A stretch of DNA of 64,000 nt from Haplodiscus bocki (lineage: Eukaryota): positions 41,354,001 through 41,418,000 of the forward strand of contig OZ296648.1 of assembly GCA_965655095.1 (NCBI GenBank), given 5' to 3'. The position numbers and the translations under genes were made by a program. Of the stretch, positions 37,300 through 50,870 are shown piece by piece (the first letter of the stretch is position 1; every line of letters begins with the position of its first letter). Under the pieces are notes generated by a model. It had not been told where the DNA came from and ran no database searches. It saw only the letters and a program-made list of their open reading frames with translations.

Positions 37300-39500
37300 G
37301 CCGTTAGTCAAATACAAGCGAGAATGATTTTTCACATGAACCAATTTTCAACTGGAATCGCGAAATATTCGCAATCCACTGTAACAACAAATTCGAACAA
37401 TTTGAAAACAACTCAATTCAAGACTAGAACAAATTTTTAACGAATATTGTGTCAAACTCATTATGTGTCAAAGTTACTGTGATGTCAACTACATTCCACT
37501 CGAATATTTTGGTAAAAAGGTCTTAAATTGGAGAGAAATCGCGAACGGAAGCCAACTTAGAACCCTTATAGGAACTAGACAGGACTTAATCGAATTTGGA
37601 CCTATCTATTGTCTCTGTATAACTAGAAACGATTTTTCCGACTGCGTTATACAGAGTGTTGAGAGCCAGTATCCCGAACATGTTACAACAATGGAACCAC
37701 AGCTTGTTGAAAAGTATGAAAAGTTTTTTAAAAACACAGTCACATATTAAAGAGTTATTGTTGATATCCAGTTGAAACCAGGCTTACAGATTCTTCACGA
37801 GAAGGCACACACCATCCAGATATATTTACAAAATGCTGTGTCGATCGAGACCGAGAAGCTAATAAAGTCTGAACATGTTGAGTCAGCATAGAAAAAAATG
37901 AGAGTTGCGCCGCAACAACAAAAATATACATGAAAAAATTTCAGAACTGCCCTCTTTTCCAAAAAAAACTTAATATGAACTGCATTAACAGAAAATCAAC
38001 CATGCAGAAAAGTAAAACTCCAAAAACAAGTTTCAAAATTTTACTCGATGAAGTCAGACGCTACGGATTTCCAAAAAAGACTTAGATAATGCGCATCGAC
38101 AAGTGAATTTGACAGCGGAAGCAAAAAAAATGATGCAAATTTTCTATAGCTAGCGAAAAATTTACCGGTTAATATCAGACCAGGAGAAAGTTGCAGCTTG
38201 TAGCAACCAACAATATCCAAGCACGGTCTTACAACTCGCCCAGGAAGTAATAAACTGCCAGAAGGCTCTGTAGCTGGATGACATCATCACTGAAATTCGT
38301 CGGAGCTTACTTCCATATAGAAAGGTTTGGAAAAACTCCAAATTTTTTTCCAAAACAAACGTTATAAAGCAAACCAATCGAATTGAAAGTTTTTCTAGCA
38401 AAGGAAGAAAAGTTTTGGGACACATCATCCATGAGAACTGAATATTCCCAACAAATGGCAAAAACAAAGTTCGAAAAATCTGCGTACTCTAAAATCAGAA
38501 AGAGTTGAAGTCTTCCCCGGGCGGAGAAGAAAGCCTTGGACTAAAGAAGTATAGGGCGCCTAGTTAAAAAATGTGAACAACAGGTCGACTAAAAGCGAAT
38601 AACTAGGGAACTAATGAAGTCAAACATCAGTTGAAAACAGAGCGCAGTAACACAACAAGATTATGCTAACACTTAAATGTATTTGGAAAGAAATTCTCAA
38701 CTGGTACACAGTCCAGTGTTCGTCGAAAAAGTCTTCATAAAGCACGCGTGCACAGACTGCGCATTGCTGCCTTTGTATGGCATGAAAAGAGAATCAAATC
38801 TTGAAATCGATCTTTTAGCTAATTAACAGCTAATTAACAACAGTTAACTAATTAACTAGCCGACAGTGAGTCGAATTCAACTACGTGATGAATGAAACAA
38901 AAAACGGTTGAGAGTTAAAACTAACAATTGACACCAATTTAGGAACTGATCATAAAACCATGCCACGAGACTATTTTTGAATAAAAGATCAGTTGTTCAC
39001 GAGAATTGTTCTCTTATTGTTTGAAGCTTGCGTTGTAATCCCAAAAATCTGAGAGAGATCAATAATGACTTTTACATGTTGGTCGAAGCAAGTACCAAAA
39101 ATTCAAGGAGAGCCGTAAGTTTCTTGCCCTCATTACATGTACCGTTTCATAAAAGACAAAGTTTGCAAAATTCGTTCGATGCATTCTGATTTCGGTAGAT
39201 CGGTGCAGCAAATAGCATGCGTATTATTCTTCAAAACTTTCGAGAACAACCTAACCAGCAATGACACGAACGGGAAAACGAGAGCACTGTGGTGACAAAA
39301 GGTTTTTTGACAGTTGCAGCCATTTTATGCAATGTGGAGCTGACAGGAAGAAGAAAATTGCAAACATTCTTACTGAAGCCAGTACACCTGAGGAGAGTCT
39401 TCAAACACGGCCGAATGGCAGGACGCTCAAAATTTTACCCAGGAGCAGGTTGTATTTGTAAAATATGGAGCGATTCATTATTTCATTTTTCAAAAATAAA
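37300..39500 (+). mobile_element. Highly degraded Ty3/Gypsy pol remnant
   Basis: DIQLKPGLQILHEKAHTIQIYLQNAVSIETEKLIKSEHVE (37763-37882, pre-RT motif), LDDII (~38274) and VLGHII. Confidence 0.65.
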
Positions 39501-40899
39501 CAGGAGGAATGTGGCCTAAAAATATTATGGGTCAGTTAATGACTTAATCAATGTTACGCACGTCGACATGCCTTCTACCACCCACTCGCCGATTAATGTA
39601 AAAGACTGATTTTATGACTATGACGTAAGTCGTTTCGGCTACTGTATTTTTGCCGCTTTTACTTTCATAGCATAATTTAAATTTTTCTCTGCTGAATAGT
39701 CGATTTCTATCTTCAGTCTTCTAATATTCCATGATGGTTTTTACGGATATTTCAGAATATTTCAGAATATTTCAAAGTGAACGGTTAAATTGATTGAAGA
39801 GGAAGCGGACAACTTTGTTGGCAGTTAGATTAACGAAATGCCACAAGCCGACAATAAATTTTGCGGTATTTGTTCTGCTTTGTCGTACTGGAAAGATGAC
39901 AGGAAAATTCTCATCCATTCAGTGTGGTTTTCTTCCTGCATTTCGTCTGAAATCTGGCGTAAACTCCGCCAATGCGCTTGAAACAACTAAATCAGGTCCA
40001 TTTTGGCGCTCAAGGAAATGTTTGCTATGACTAGATACGGTTCCGAATGTAACTTTGGCTATATATAAATCTTTAATTTTTGCGAATCCATCCTTTTCAA
40101 GACTTGTGCTTGCTGCTTTTCAATTTCCGTCGAAAAATTTTTTCCGAAACGAAAATTTTCATTTCAGTAGTCGGCGATTTTTCCTTTTCCTGAAACTGCC
40201 CATGATGCCGCGCAGAGTTCAAGTCTGCAGAGTTGTCGTGTCTTGAATAATACATGTGTCGAGTGTCACCGCGGTTCAGAAGCCAGAAGTCACAGATTCG
40301 AATCCCGCTATTGACCATAAGTTTTACGTCTTTTTAGACACTCGTTAACACGTGCAAGTTTTTAACAGCAAAAATCATGGATTTTTTCGACAAAAATTAA
40401 AGGTTTTTTAAAGGTGGGCTTTTTTCTCAAAAAACACCCTTTTCGGACAGAACTGAAACCATTTATTCATTTACAGTAATTTTTGAAAATTTCACAAAAA
40501 ATTTCGGTTTTCCTCAAAAAACCGAAAAAAAGTTAATCAGCCAAACTTTTGGGGTATCACTAAAAGTATCACTATAAGTCAGTTGAAAAGCGTGTTGAAG
40601 TTTAATTATGAAATTATATAAATCTACAAAACTTTCCAGTTTTATTTTATTAGTTTTTTCAATATCCTAATTTATCCACAGGCAAAAATGCATACTTTTA
40701 TCGAAAATATGTCTGTTGCATCACATCGTTTTGTGATATTGACATTGAGATAATGCCAAAACGCCCGGTTAGTATTGAAATTCCTTGATTTTGAAACTCA
40801 CTTTTCTACAAAAAAGAACAGGTTTAAATCTCGAATGTAGATCTCAATCGGATAATTTTCACCAGTGATGAACTGTTTTATTGGAGGAGTATCGATTTT

Positions 40900-42950
40900 G
40901 TTAATTGCATTAGAATCCTGATTGTCATAAAAAAATAAAAAGTGCTTGTTATAATGATTTTTATCGAAATTTCAACAATTATTTCCCCACAAATATAAGC
41001 TTGATTTCATCCATCAAGGTCCCATTTAAAAACTTGATGTTTGTGCTGGATGGTTTGATTGACAAACCAATTTTCTGATCCTTCCTTCACAATCTTGATT
41101 GTTAGCAGATTGAAGAAAATGAAAATTATTGATTTGTTTCGATAATTAAACTCATATTTCTCAGTAACTACAGATTTCTCCAAACAAGGTCTCCATCAAA
41201 AACATTCTGTTTGTGGAAGACAATTCAATTGACAGTTCTTTTGTTTTAATTCACGCAGAAGATTCGTGAAAGTTCAAAAAATTCACAAAATGCTATTCAT
41301 ATTGATGTCGATGGATATTCATTCTTATTGATATCGATGGATATTCAAACTTTTAATTCTCAGCCACAGCATTTTCGATTTCCTCCATCAAGATCCTTAT
41401 GGAAAACGAAGCCTTTCTAGACAATTATGCAACTAAAAAAACATTGTTTTTCCTTTGGATCAGAATCCTGATAGTCTGAAAAATCCGAAAAAAATTTCTA
41501 CTTTTGATTTTGCTCGTCTTCAAACTCTTCTTTCACCAAAACTACAAGCTTTTTCTCTTCCATCAGGGTCGCATTCGTAAAAATACTACTTGTAGAAAGT
41601 TTTTCGGTAGAAGAAATGTCGATTGTGTTCTTTGCATTAGAGTTTTGACAGTGCGAAAATTCCACCAGTGCTAATTTTGGTCATTTCGCTGGAAATTCAA
41701 ACTTGTATTCATCAGCCACTACAAGTTCGAACTCCTGTAACAAGTATTCAATCTAAAAGCTAGCACTTTTAGATGAGTATTGAAGTGAGAAACCGTTGTT
41801 TTTATCTGTTGGATCAGAGTCCTGAAAGTCCGAAACTTCCGAAAAAAACCATGATACTGTTTCTCGATATTCAAACTCATCTTCATTTGTCACCCTTAAC
41901 TACAGGCTTCTTTTTTTTCCATCAAGGTATCAAAAAAACCTTTTAGTTGGGAAAACATTGCTGATGGAGATTTTGTCAATTTGGTTCCCTGCATTGGAAT
42001 ACTGACAGTCCAATATTCCAAGTAATGCTCTTCATGAAATTTCATTTCGGTATCGGAACCCCTAATTCTCCCTAACTAGAGGCTTGGTTTCTTCCGTCTT
42101 AGTTTTCGCCAAGCATTTGAAACTTGTGGAGCATAGTTGTCAACTCAAATCATTGGTCTTTTTGTCGCACGGATTTTTGACGGTCCCAGGTTTCCAAAAA
42201 AAGCTTTCACTTTTGATATATCTCGGCATTCAAAGTCATCTTTGTCCACAACTGCAGTCTTCATTTCTTCCACCAAGGTGGCAATCGAAATATTTCGGCC
42301 GCTGACGAATTTTGGTGGTAGTAACTATTCTTTGCGTTCCTTTCGTATGACTTCTGATAAACCAAAAATGTCAAGATTTTTTTTCAATATGGAGTCTTCT
42401 CGATTTTCTAACCCAGGTTTTTCCATAACTACTAACCTGATGTCTTTTTCAGAATCACAATCCAAAGTTTCTTGCTTGAGTTAGACATTTTGATGAGGAA
42501 ATCTTTGAATAAGTACCCTTATGTGGAATCTTGATGGACAGATTTGCCAAAGAATTGTTTGAATCCTGACACACCTCGGTATTCAAACTAATACTTCTTC
42601 AACTTTTCCCTACTTTATTTTATTTCCATCAAGGTGCCAATCTCGATAGTTTTTTGCTTGAAGCAGATTGTTCGTTTCTAATTATCTTTAAATATGATCT
42701 CTACATCGGACTTGGGATCCTGAATGGCCAGAAGTGGCAAAAGTGCTTTTAGTTTAGACATATGTCGAAGTTCCACCTCATCCTTCTCGAAAAGACCAGT
42801 TTAAATTCTTGTATCAAGTTCCGAATTGACGCTGTCATATACTACATGACTCTTATACTGAAAATTCTCTGGTTTTTTCCTTAGGTTAACTTGAATTCTT
42901 CCATCAAGATCTCCATCTACAAAGTCTTTGGGTCTTTTTCGAAATCAATT
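40900..42950 (-). repeat. Degenerate ~180-bp tandem repeat with coding-like pattern
   Basis: ccatca.g recurs near 41011, 41194, 41385, 41560, 41920, 42627 and 42901; g(g)atcaga.tcctga..gtc near 41460 and 41815. Confidence 0.55.
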
Positions 42951-43749
42951 GTTTTGTGTTCAATCTATTATTTCTGTGCCACCTTGTCCAAAAACATCGT
43001 AGTGCGACCGCGCTTCTTGTTTAGAACTTTCTGCTAAGCATTCACAACTTTCTGATTTTTTCAGGAAGGTGCAAATGAGCATTTGCAAATATTACGTAAC
43101 ACTTTTGACTTGAATTTCTGGCTATTTTTGAGAAATAAAAGTTTTGGCATATTTTTAGGATTTTTTGAGTACCTTTTGGAAAATCTGTCAAATTGCTACA
43201 AAGATTATCTATTTTGTGGAACATTCAAAAGTTGGGTAATTTTTTGGGACCTTTTCGAATTTCACCAAACATTTTTCAGTTGCAGTCAAATTTTTCGCTA
43301 TTGTCTTAGTAATTTGGTTCAAAAACTAAAAGTACCCTCAGAAAAAGCGCTGACACTTTTTGGCAATTCGCAAATTTTCAAATTAGGTATTACCGAGTTT
43401 CTTTCAGTACTTTTTGAAAGTTTAATAAAATCCCCGTCGTACAAAATTCATGGCTTTTTGAATTGTACTCGACACGGGTGTCAGAATTTGAAATAACTTT
43501 CGACCTCGTTGGAACTTAATGAATGTTCTGACCGAAACTTCAAATTTGTGACTACAGTTTGCTTTTTGGAGGAGAGGCGATGCTTTTCTGGCTATGATTT
43601 CAATCATTTTGAGCATCAGTTGCCAAAAGCTCTTGGTGACTGAAAATTTTGATTGTCAGGTTATTTCGTCCGAGGCCGTTTCAACCGATGAAATTTCATT
43701 TTATGTAATTTCAATATTCCTAATTTCAACCGACAGTTTTAGAAGCACA

Positions 43750-44648
43750 GGACAAAACCGCTGATTTTAAGTGAGACAAAACCGCCGACTTCAATATTGA
43801 GACAAAACCGCCGTTTTTTAAAATGAGACAAAACCACCGATTTCGTAAAAAAGACAATACCGTCGTTTTCGTAAATGAGAGCGAATTGCCATCAAATATG
43901 CTTCTCTACTAAAAGATTCTTGGCCTAATTATTAATAATTAGCAAAAGTTCTACCAATTACTAATTGAAACTGAAATACTACTAACCTAAAGGCAATTTA
44001 TTTCAATTTTTGCGTCAAATAAAATTTCGAATATCCCAACACCAAAAGTTTTAATGAAACCCTTTCTTTCATAGACCTAAACTTTTAGTACTCGACCCCC
44101 TATTTTTGTGCACCAACTTCCTCAAAATACCTAAAACTTCTCCTTCTGTAAAAACTAAAACACCATTAACAAAATATTGGAAAATGGTCTTTTCGGATAA
44201 TTTCGGTTCATTCAGGGTCTTCAAGAAAAAATCAAGTTAAAATTATATGCCGCAAAAATTCAAATAGGCTATTTTTGTAGTGGTATTTCAGTTTCATTGT
44301 TTTTGTATTACGTGATAGAAATTTTGGTTTTGCAGATATTGGAATCATCGTGACCGTCCAAATTTTCAAGATTGGCTTTTTACAAAAGCTCCAATTTTGG
44401 CCGAAAAAAATGTCTGGACATTTTGGGATTGGTTAGTTTTGGTTTTGGTGGTTTGGGGTAGAACCAGTTCATTACTATATTCGTACTTGATATGCTAATT
44501 ATCAAAGTTTAGACCACTTTTTTTCTTGAACACCTTTTATCATTGGAAGGACTGAAAGAACTGGCTATCTGCATCACTCCAAATCGGCAATTTTGTCTCT
44601 TTCAAGTCGGCAGCTTTGTACCGCTCTAAAATCGGCGGTTTTGTCTGG
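43750..44648. mobile_element. MITE-like element with ~30-bp subterminal tandem repeats in inverted orientation
   Basis: Left (ga)gacaaaaccgccg x5 (43750-43880); right cggc(gg)ttttgtct copies (44585-44648). Confidence 0.6.
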
Positions 44649-45206
44649 CATCCTACAATTTCGACCAGTAGTTAAACAGATTACGCGCTGAAAGAATATA
44701 GATTGACGTTATCTGCTTGTGTAAATAAAAATTAAACTAATCCTTCGCTTTCGTATAGCAGTTTCAATTGTCGATGATACAATTTTTCGTTTTTCAATGT
44801 AGTTGATACCAGCTAACAAGACGTCGTCTGACGAGCATCAAAAATGACTCCCCCCTAATTCCTCTCGAATCGTGAAAAGGGCCATTTCTTATTCAGGTTG
44901 AGAGAAATGTCAAGATCTACCAGGTGACTCACAAAAAACAGTATGAGCAAAAAATTTGGAGTACTCAAAATAATTGATATTTTCAACAACTTTTACAAAA
45001 TTCGAATTCATTTCAAAAAAAATAATTTGAAAATGTTGGAAAAAAGTGTTCGAACTTTCGATGATTGAGAAAGTTTTGGAGTATTTTGAAGCTTGTTTAC
45101 TAATGCCGACAGCTTCAATAGCCCAAAATTTCAACGTGTATTGTTTTAGGGTTAACTCAGTTTATGTAAGTTCACAAGATCTAACTCAGTTTTCACGAAT
45201 TTAGAT

Positions 45207-45725
45207 CAGGGTTTCTCTCGTCTTCATACTTGTTCATCCAAGTCGTAACCCCTTACCGTTCGTATACATAATGTCAAAAAGAAGTTTTCAAAAACACAAC
45301 GTCGAACGCTGATGAGTATTGCAACCTACGCCCCAGGATCCTTAAGTTTAATTGAACCTTCGACAAAAATNNNNNNNNNNNNNNNNNNNNNNNNNNNNNN
45401 NNNNNNNNNNNNNNNNNNNNNNNNNNNNNNNNNNNNNNNNNNNNNNNNNNNNNNNNNNNNNNNNNNNNNNNNNNNNNNNNNNNNNNNNNNNNNNNNNNNN
45501 NNNNNNNNNNNNNNNNNNNNNNNNNNNNNNNNNNNNNNNNNNNNNNNNNNNNNNNNNNNNNNNNNNNNNNNNNNNNNAAGTGTCAAGTAAGAATCCTCGG
45601 GCATAGGTTGCAATACTGATCAGCATTCAACGTTGCGCTTACAGAAACTTACTTTTCACGTTGTGTATACGAACGGTAAGGGATTACGTCTTCGATGAAC
45701 AACTCTTAAAACCAGAGAAACTCTG
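45207..45725. mobile_element. hAT-like MITE with ~140-bp imperfect TIRs spanning the N-gap
   Basis: CAGGGTTTCTC ... GAGAAACTCTG; inverted blocks cccttaccgttcgtatac and gtattgcaaccta; 8-bp TSD is degenerate (atttagat/attaaaag). Confidence 0.65.
45371..45577. other. Assembly gap (207 N)
   Basis: Run of N. Confidence 1.
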
Positions 45726-46011
45726 ATTAAAAGTTTCAAGGTTGTACTAAAAGAACAATTTTTTTTTCGCAAATTATATAGTAGGGTCAACACTTTCACC
45801 ATTTTTTTAAGAACGGGACCAGAATAGACTAATTAAACGTGGCACAATACTTCAGGCTGCTCAGACTCGAAACAATATTGAACTGCGTGGAAACAATAAC
45901 TGGAACACTAATGAAAGTACCAATCGTCCCTTCTGGCCCCCGTTGTATGAATACATTTTGATAAAGTGGAAAGCAATGCAAACAAAATTGAGGCATCTTT
46001 TAATGGCTTAC

Positions 46012-46200
46012 CGATGTTGTCATAGTCCAAAATGAAGAACACGACACCTGTTGAGTACAAAGCCAAAGTGATCCAAATTGACGTCACTATTTTCATGCTT
46101 TTCTCGCGTCCACATGCGTGCAATGAAGCCAAGGGGTCTCGAATCACTTTGTAGCGCTCCATAGTGAACACCATCACTGTTGTCACACAGGCAAACAGTC
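46012..46200 (-). CDS. Internal exon of a class A (rhodopsin-like) GPCR, TM3-TM4
   Basis: LFACVTTVMVFTMERYKVIRDPL (ERY motif) and KIVTSIWITLALYS (TM4 Trp); acceptor ttttatttgtttag and donor GTAAGC; 189 nt, phase 1-1. Confidence 0.8.
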
Positions 46201-46889
46201 CTAAACAAATAAAATATTCGTAAAAAAATGTTATAGTGCAATTAAATGGGCGGCAAATTATGAGCCCGTTATGCTGCCCAGCTCCGATTAAGGAATTCTC
46301 TTCTCGACGTAAAACCATTAAATTTTCTTGAAATATACAAAAGGCAGCGAGTAGTGATTTTCTGTTAAAAGACTTTGAGACCACAAACCATCACTCGAAA
46401 TACAATTTTTCCAATCGAGTGTGCCCATGAATCACTGACGTCCCAGAAAAATGCCAAAGATGAGATTTTTCAAGAAAAAATTTCACTTTTTTGGAAACAT
46501 GTTCCCACGTTCTGCTCAAATGAGGCTGATTTTACTCAAATTTGACTTGGTTGCTCAAAAATTTGACTTGGTTGCCTTTATACACAAAACTTTTGATCAA
46601 AATATTGACATGTGTATTTCTTGATCGGTTTTTAGCAATGAGGCTGTGACACAGAGTTGAGAGGTGGTATGCAATCATCTTTTGGAAAGTCTCGAAAACT
46701 CTCAGTTATCCTAAAAGGTAAATTTGAAAAGCACTAGTCAAAAACTCATGCTTTTCAATTCGGATAGGCAATTTGCGTCTCCTTTACGTCCTTAGATAAG
46801 TTCCTTATAAGTAAAAAAGTGAAACCATTGAGACTTTGACATCTCCACATGTGTTAAATCAAAAAGTTCTTGCGTTTGATGACAAAATT

Positions 46890-47290
46890 GGACAAAGTTT
46901 CCCTCGCGGTATATCAAGAATCAAATTTGTTGCGCATTCTCTAGTTAAACTAGAAGACTCCTATCTTTGTCCGAAAGGCGGCTACGGCTAAGCTAAGCAA
47001 ATCTTGCAAAGGCATGCAATGAACTAATTAGGAAATCATTTTGGAAGCCTGATAAAATTTAGTCAAGTTGGGGTGGAGTTTTTCAATATAACTTTCCTGT
47101 ATTATCTGAAAAAGACGGGCGTACAATTATGCTCGACTAATAGTGATCTGGAAGCTGTTTACATTGATCGATTCATCCGGAGTGTGCTTGATCTTGTCAA
47201 GGAGATCTTTTACAGTGAAAAGTTTGTTACTTGGATCATCCCGCTGAGCTCCTGGGTGTTCGTAACAATAGATAACGTAGTCCGAGAAGG
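46890..47290 (+). pseudogene. Polinton-type retroviral-like (RVE) integrase remnant
   Basis: KPDKI*S..G / VEFFNITFLYYLKKTGVQLCSTNSDLEAVYIDRFIRSVL (cf. PxKIWSDxGxEFYN..YSTxSxxKAxxxERFNRTL). Confidence 0.65.
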
Positions 47291-48357
47291 ATGTATCATG
47301 TTGTTGCCTCAAAAGACAGAACTATTGTAACTTACAGCAGTTTTCTTCTAGAACTTGTTGGACCGAAATTAGAAAACGTATCTCCGAAGTCGAACATAAT
47401 TGAGCGGTAATTCAGTGATGCCTATGTTTTAATTACCTATTCAGAAGTTTTTAATCACTCTTGCGTTTGTATTTTTACATGCGAAGAAAATTCAAGTATT
47501 TTGCTTGAAATTCAAGTTTAGCTCAAATTAAAACCGTGGAAAATTCCTTTTTAAAGGGCGGCAGTTCAAAATGCCATCTGAGGTCCCTCAGACTTTCATG
47601 TAGGAAGTTTCTTCGGACACGCCACACATTCTTCTTCTAGCATATGACTTTGACGCAAAAATAGCTGAGTCAAATTTTCCTGCCGACTTGACGTCAAAAA
47701 TCTTCAAATGATACTTAAATTTTCCATGGAGACTTCAACTGGCGGATTTTTTGTGATCATTCACATCAAATTCTTGAATGTTTCTATGGTTCATGGGTTT
47801 AGGGGTTAGTTTGAATAAATTGTTTCAACGCACAGCAAGCCAATTCAGTTCTAATTATTTTTCAGAAATCGGTTGGTTGGTCAAAAGCTTCTTGCGGCGG
47901 TGACTTGAAAGTTCAGCTTGAGAATATGTTAATAAGTCTTAGTATCTTTTAGTACAACTGTTGAGCCAAAATAACTAAATTCAGTTTAACCATCAAAGCG
48001 ATTAAATGCAATTTTAGTCTCTAAACTGAATTGATTAGTCATTGAAAGAGCATGAGATTCTAACGATTTATTCAGTGAGGTGCGATTTTGAAGCCTCAGT
48101 TCATTGCCGTCTCAGTTTTTTTGCAGAATTTCCGTCAAACTTTTTAGAAGGCAGTTTTGTAAAAAAAGCCGATTTGCTTTGTAATTTTAATTTTTGAAGA
48201 GCACAGCGAAGTTTTCGCTCTTTTTTCAACTCTTTAATAAAAATTGCTTCACGTCCGTTCTTCTATATTATGTAATTCTTTTCAGCAAAACATATAAGTT
48301 TTCAAAAACAGCAAGGGGTTCCGTATACGAATTTTTTGGCAATGTAAGACAAAATCA

Positions 48358-48609
48358 GGATCTTGTTAAGATTAAACCCCCCACATAGGCCTTGTTAACT
48401 TTAAACCCCCCAGTTTAGACCAACTAAAGTTAACACCCCCCAATTTTGACCAACTTAAGTATCCACCCCCCAACTTATGTAATATAAGTTAGAATTGAGG
48501 CCAAATTGAGGCAACAATTTATAATCTCTAAAAGTTAACACCCCCCAAATCTGACCAACTTAAATTTGCACCCCCATCCTGGTTTGGGGGTTTAATCTTA
48601 ACAAGATCC
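48358..48609. mobile_element. 252-bp MITE with 24-bp perfect TIRs and 8-bp TSD (Merlin- or hAT-like)
   Basis: TIR GGATCTTGTTAAGATTAAACCCCC; TSD CAAAATCA at 48350-48357 and 48610-48617; internal ~30-bp gaccaacttaa..cccccc repeats. Confidence 0.9.
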
Positions 48610-50075
48610 CAAAATCATTTGAAAAAAAACTGAAATGCGTCTGTTTTGTTCAACCAGGTTTCCACATTTTGCGCGTCAGCGCAATGAGCAGCACCGAATC
48701 TCAGCTGTTCTTGGCCTGTTAATACCTATGCACGCCTTATGCACAAAAAGATTTGGGCATTTTGAAACTCTGACTGCTTATAACCAAAGTGTAAGTCAAA
48801 GTAGCTTTCAACTTAATAATCAAAGTATATCGTCGAATACAATCAAAATCTATCGACGTTCGATTTTCATTTTCCCTAAGTCTTGTGTAATCCGACCGAA
48901 ATATTAACCTTTTGGGAAAAATAAGATTGAAATTTCAACTTCATTTCTGATAAAAAAAATAGCATTATGCTGGAAAAAATGGAATGAGTTGAATCCATCC
49001 CCCTCGACAATAATATAATTTGACTGGCATTCGCAGATATGCTATTATTCAGGATCAGGGAAACAGATTTATGTCCGTAGCATCAAAGAGTTTTAGTAGC
49101 AAAAACCTCATCCTATGGCATAATATTCCCGAGTAGATCAGTGGGGGAATGATCGTGCATAGATTAAAAAACTGGAAAAATTGAATCCTTGTTCAATTTT
49201 TTGAAATCCCTATTTTTTGTTAATGTTTGAGAAAATTTGTATAGTTTTGTGCATTCAACCAGCAATTTGGGACTTCTTCATGCCGAGGGTATGAGCCTCG
49301 TCCATTCTGTTTACTCAAAACTTGACATGCTCGCGTTGAGGAAACCTGGGTTGACCACCCAGGGACGACACAGGTCATTCTTACTAAGACAGGGATGGGG
49401 TACATGGAAACCAGAGATGACTTAGTAAAGTCCCAGGGATGCACCCATAGGGTTTACTAAGTTATCCTTGGGTGCAGCCCTGGGACCGTAGTAAGTTATC
49501 CTTGGGCACAGTGCGTACACGTTTCATAATTGTGTAACGTTCTGATAATTTATGCATTTCACCAAAAATCAAGAAGAATCAACAATTGGAGATGAAATCT
49601 GATGAACTTTATACCTGTGGAAGGTATTTTGTCAACGAACATGTTTAAAAATATCAGTAATAAGGAATTTGCTATTATCATGTTTTTTAATGAAAAATTT
49701 GTTTGAAAAAAAGTAAAAAATGAAACAATTATTTTTCCAAATTACCTTATCTCGTCCTTTTGGATAAGATTATTCTTGTCGTTATCTCAACCGCCGCAAA
49801 ACGCTTGGTTCTGAATAGACTGTTTGATTCTTTTTAAATTTTTGTAGAGATCAGATCTGAAATTTCTGCAATCGGGTGCAGAGCATTCTTACGACGGTGC
49901 CTCGCTGGACACAAGGCATTCTTACTAAGGCCATCCCTGGACAAAGGGCGTTCTTACTAAGACCATCCCTGGGTACAGGGCTTTCTTACCAAGGCCATCC
50001 AAGGAACCAGGGCTTTCTTAACAAATTCTTGTCACGGGTTTTGTCAGGGACAGGGCTGGGGTACAGGGTGGTGCC

Positions 50076-50849
50076 TGTCGCGTACGCGGATTAAACCGTC
50101 GCGCGTGTCTACTTAGCGAGCTCGTAACCGGCGTTACCGTAGCAATGGTGGCGCAACGGTATCCGTCCGGGACTCGTAAACGAAACGTCCGGCGATCGAT
50201 CGTAATCAAGCTCTTGCAGGATTGAGGACGAAAACAACGTGTCGCCATAAGGAAAATCCCAATTGAAGGAGATCCGGAAATCTTTTAGGTAACTTTATTT
50301 TCCAAGAGAATGAATAGGCTTCTTGTCGCGTACGCGAATTAAATCAAGTAAACGGTCACGCACGCGGATTAAACCGTCGCGTGTGTCTATTTAGCGAACT
50401 CGTAACCCGCGTTACCGTAGCAATGGTGGCGCAACGGTATGCGTCCGGGTCTCGTAAGCGAATGGTCCAGCGATCGATTCCCGACCGGACCGAACCTTTT
50501 TCACTCCGGTTTTTGAACTTCGAAGTTGTTAATCGGCTGAAATTTGCATATGAAAGTTTGTTTTGCCAATCAGAGCCGATTATGCAAATTTCTTCCGAAA
50601 GCATGAACAGACGCCCTCTAGCGGATGAAATTGAAACCGGCTAAACTAAGAAAAACTGAACATAGGAGCTTGTTTCATCGACACCGAACAGACGGTTCAA
50701 AGAAATACGTTCGGACAAAGTGTTAATTTGTTAATAATTCCGCTGAATTCAAGCCATTTCTGTTGGAATAAACTCTCTGTTGGTAATTCAAACTTGGATC
50801 TAACAGCTTTATTTCCACGGATTTAACCGGTTTATCGGGCCACGCCACA
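50076..50849 (+). repeat. 5' LTR
   Basis: TGTCGCG...GCCACA; one mismatch seen versus the 3' LTR (ctacttag vs ctatttag); AATAAA at ~50768. Confidence 0.98.
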
Positions 50850-50852
50850 TTT

Positions 50853-50870
50853 TGGCGCCCCACAAGGGAC
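50853..50870 (+). promoter_or_regulatory. Primer-binding site, tRNA-Lys-like
   Basis: TGGCGCCCCACAAGGGAC(TTGA), 3 nt after the LTR; cf. the tRNA-Lys(UUU) complement TGGCGCCCGAACAGGGAC(TTGA). Confidence 0.8.

Noticed and set aside
50018-50644. Identical small ORFs in both BEL LTRs
   Set aside because: Duplicated only because the LTRs are; no coding signature.
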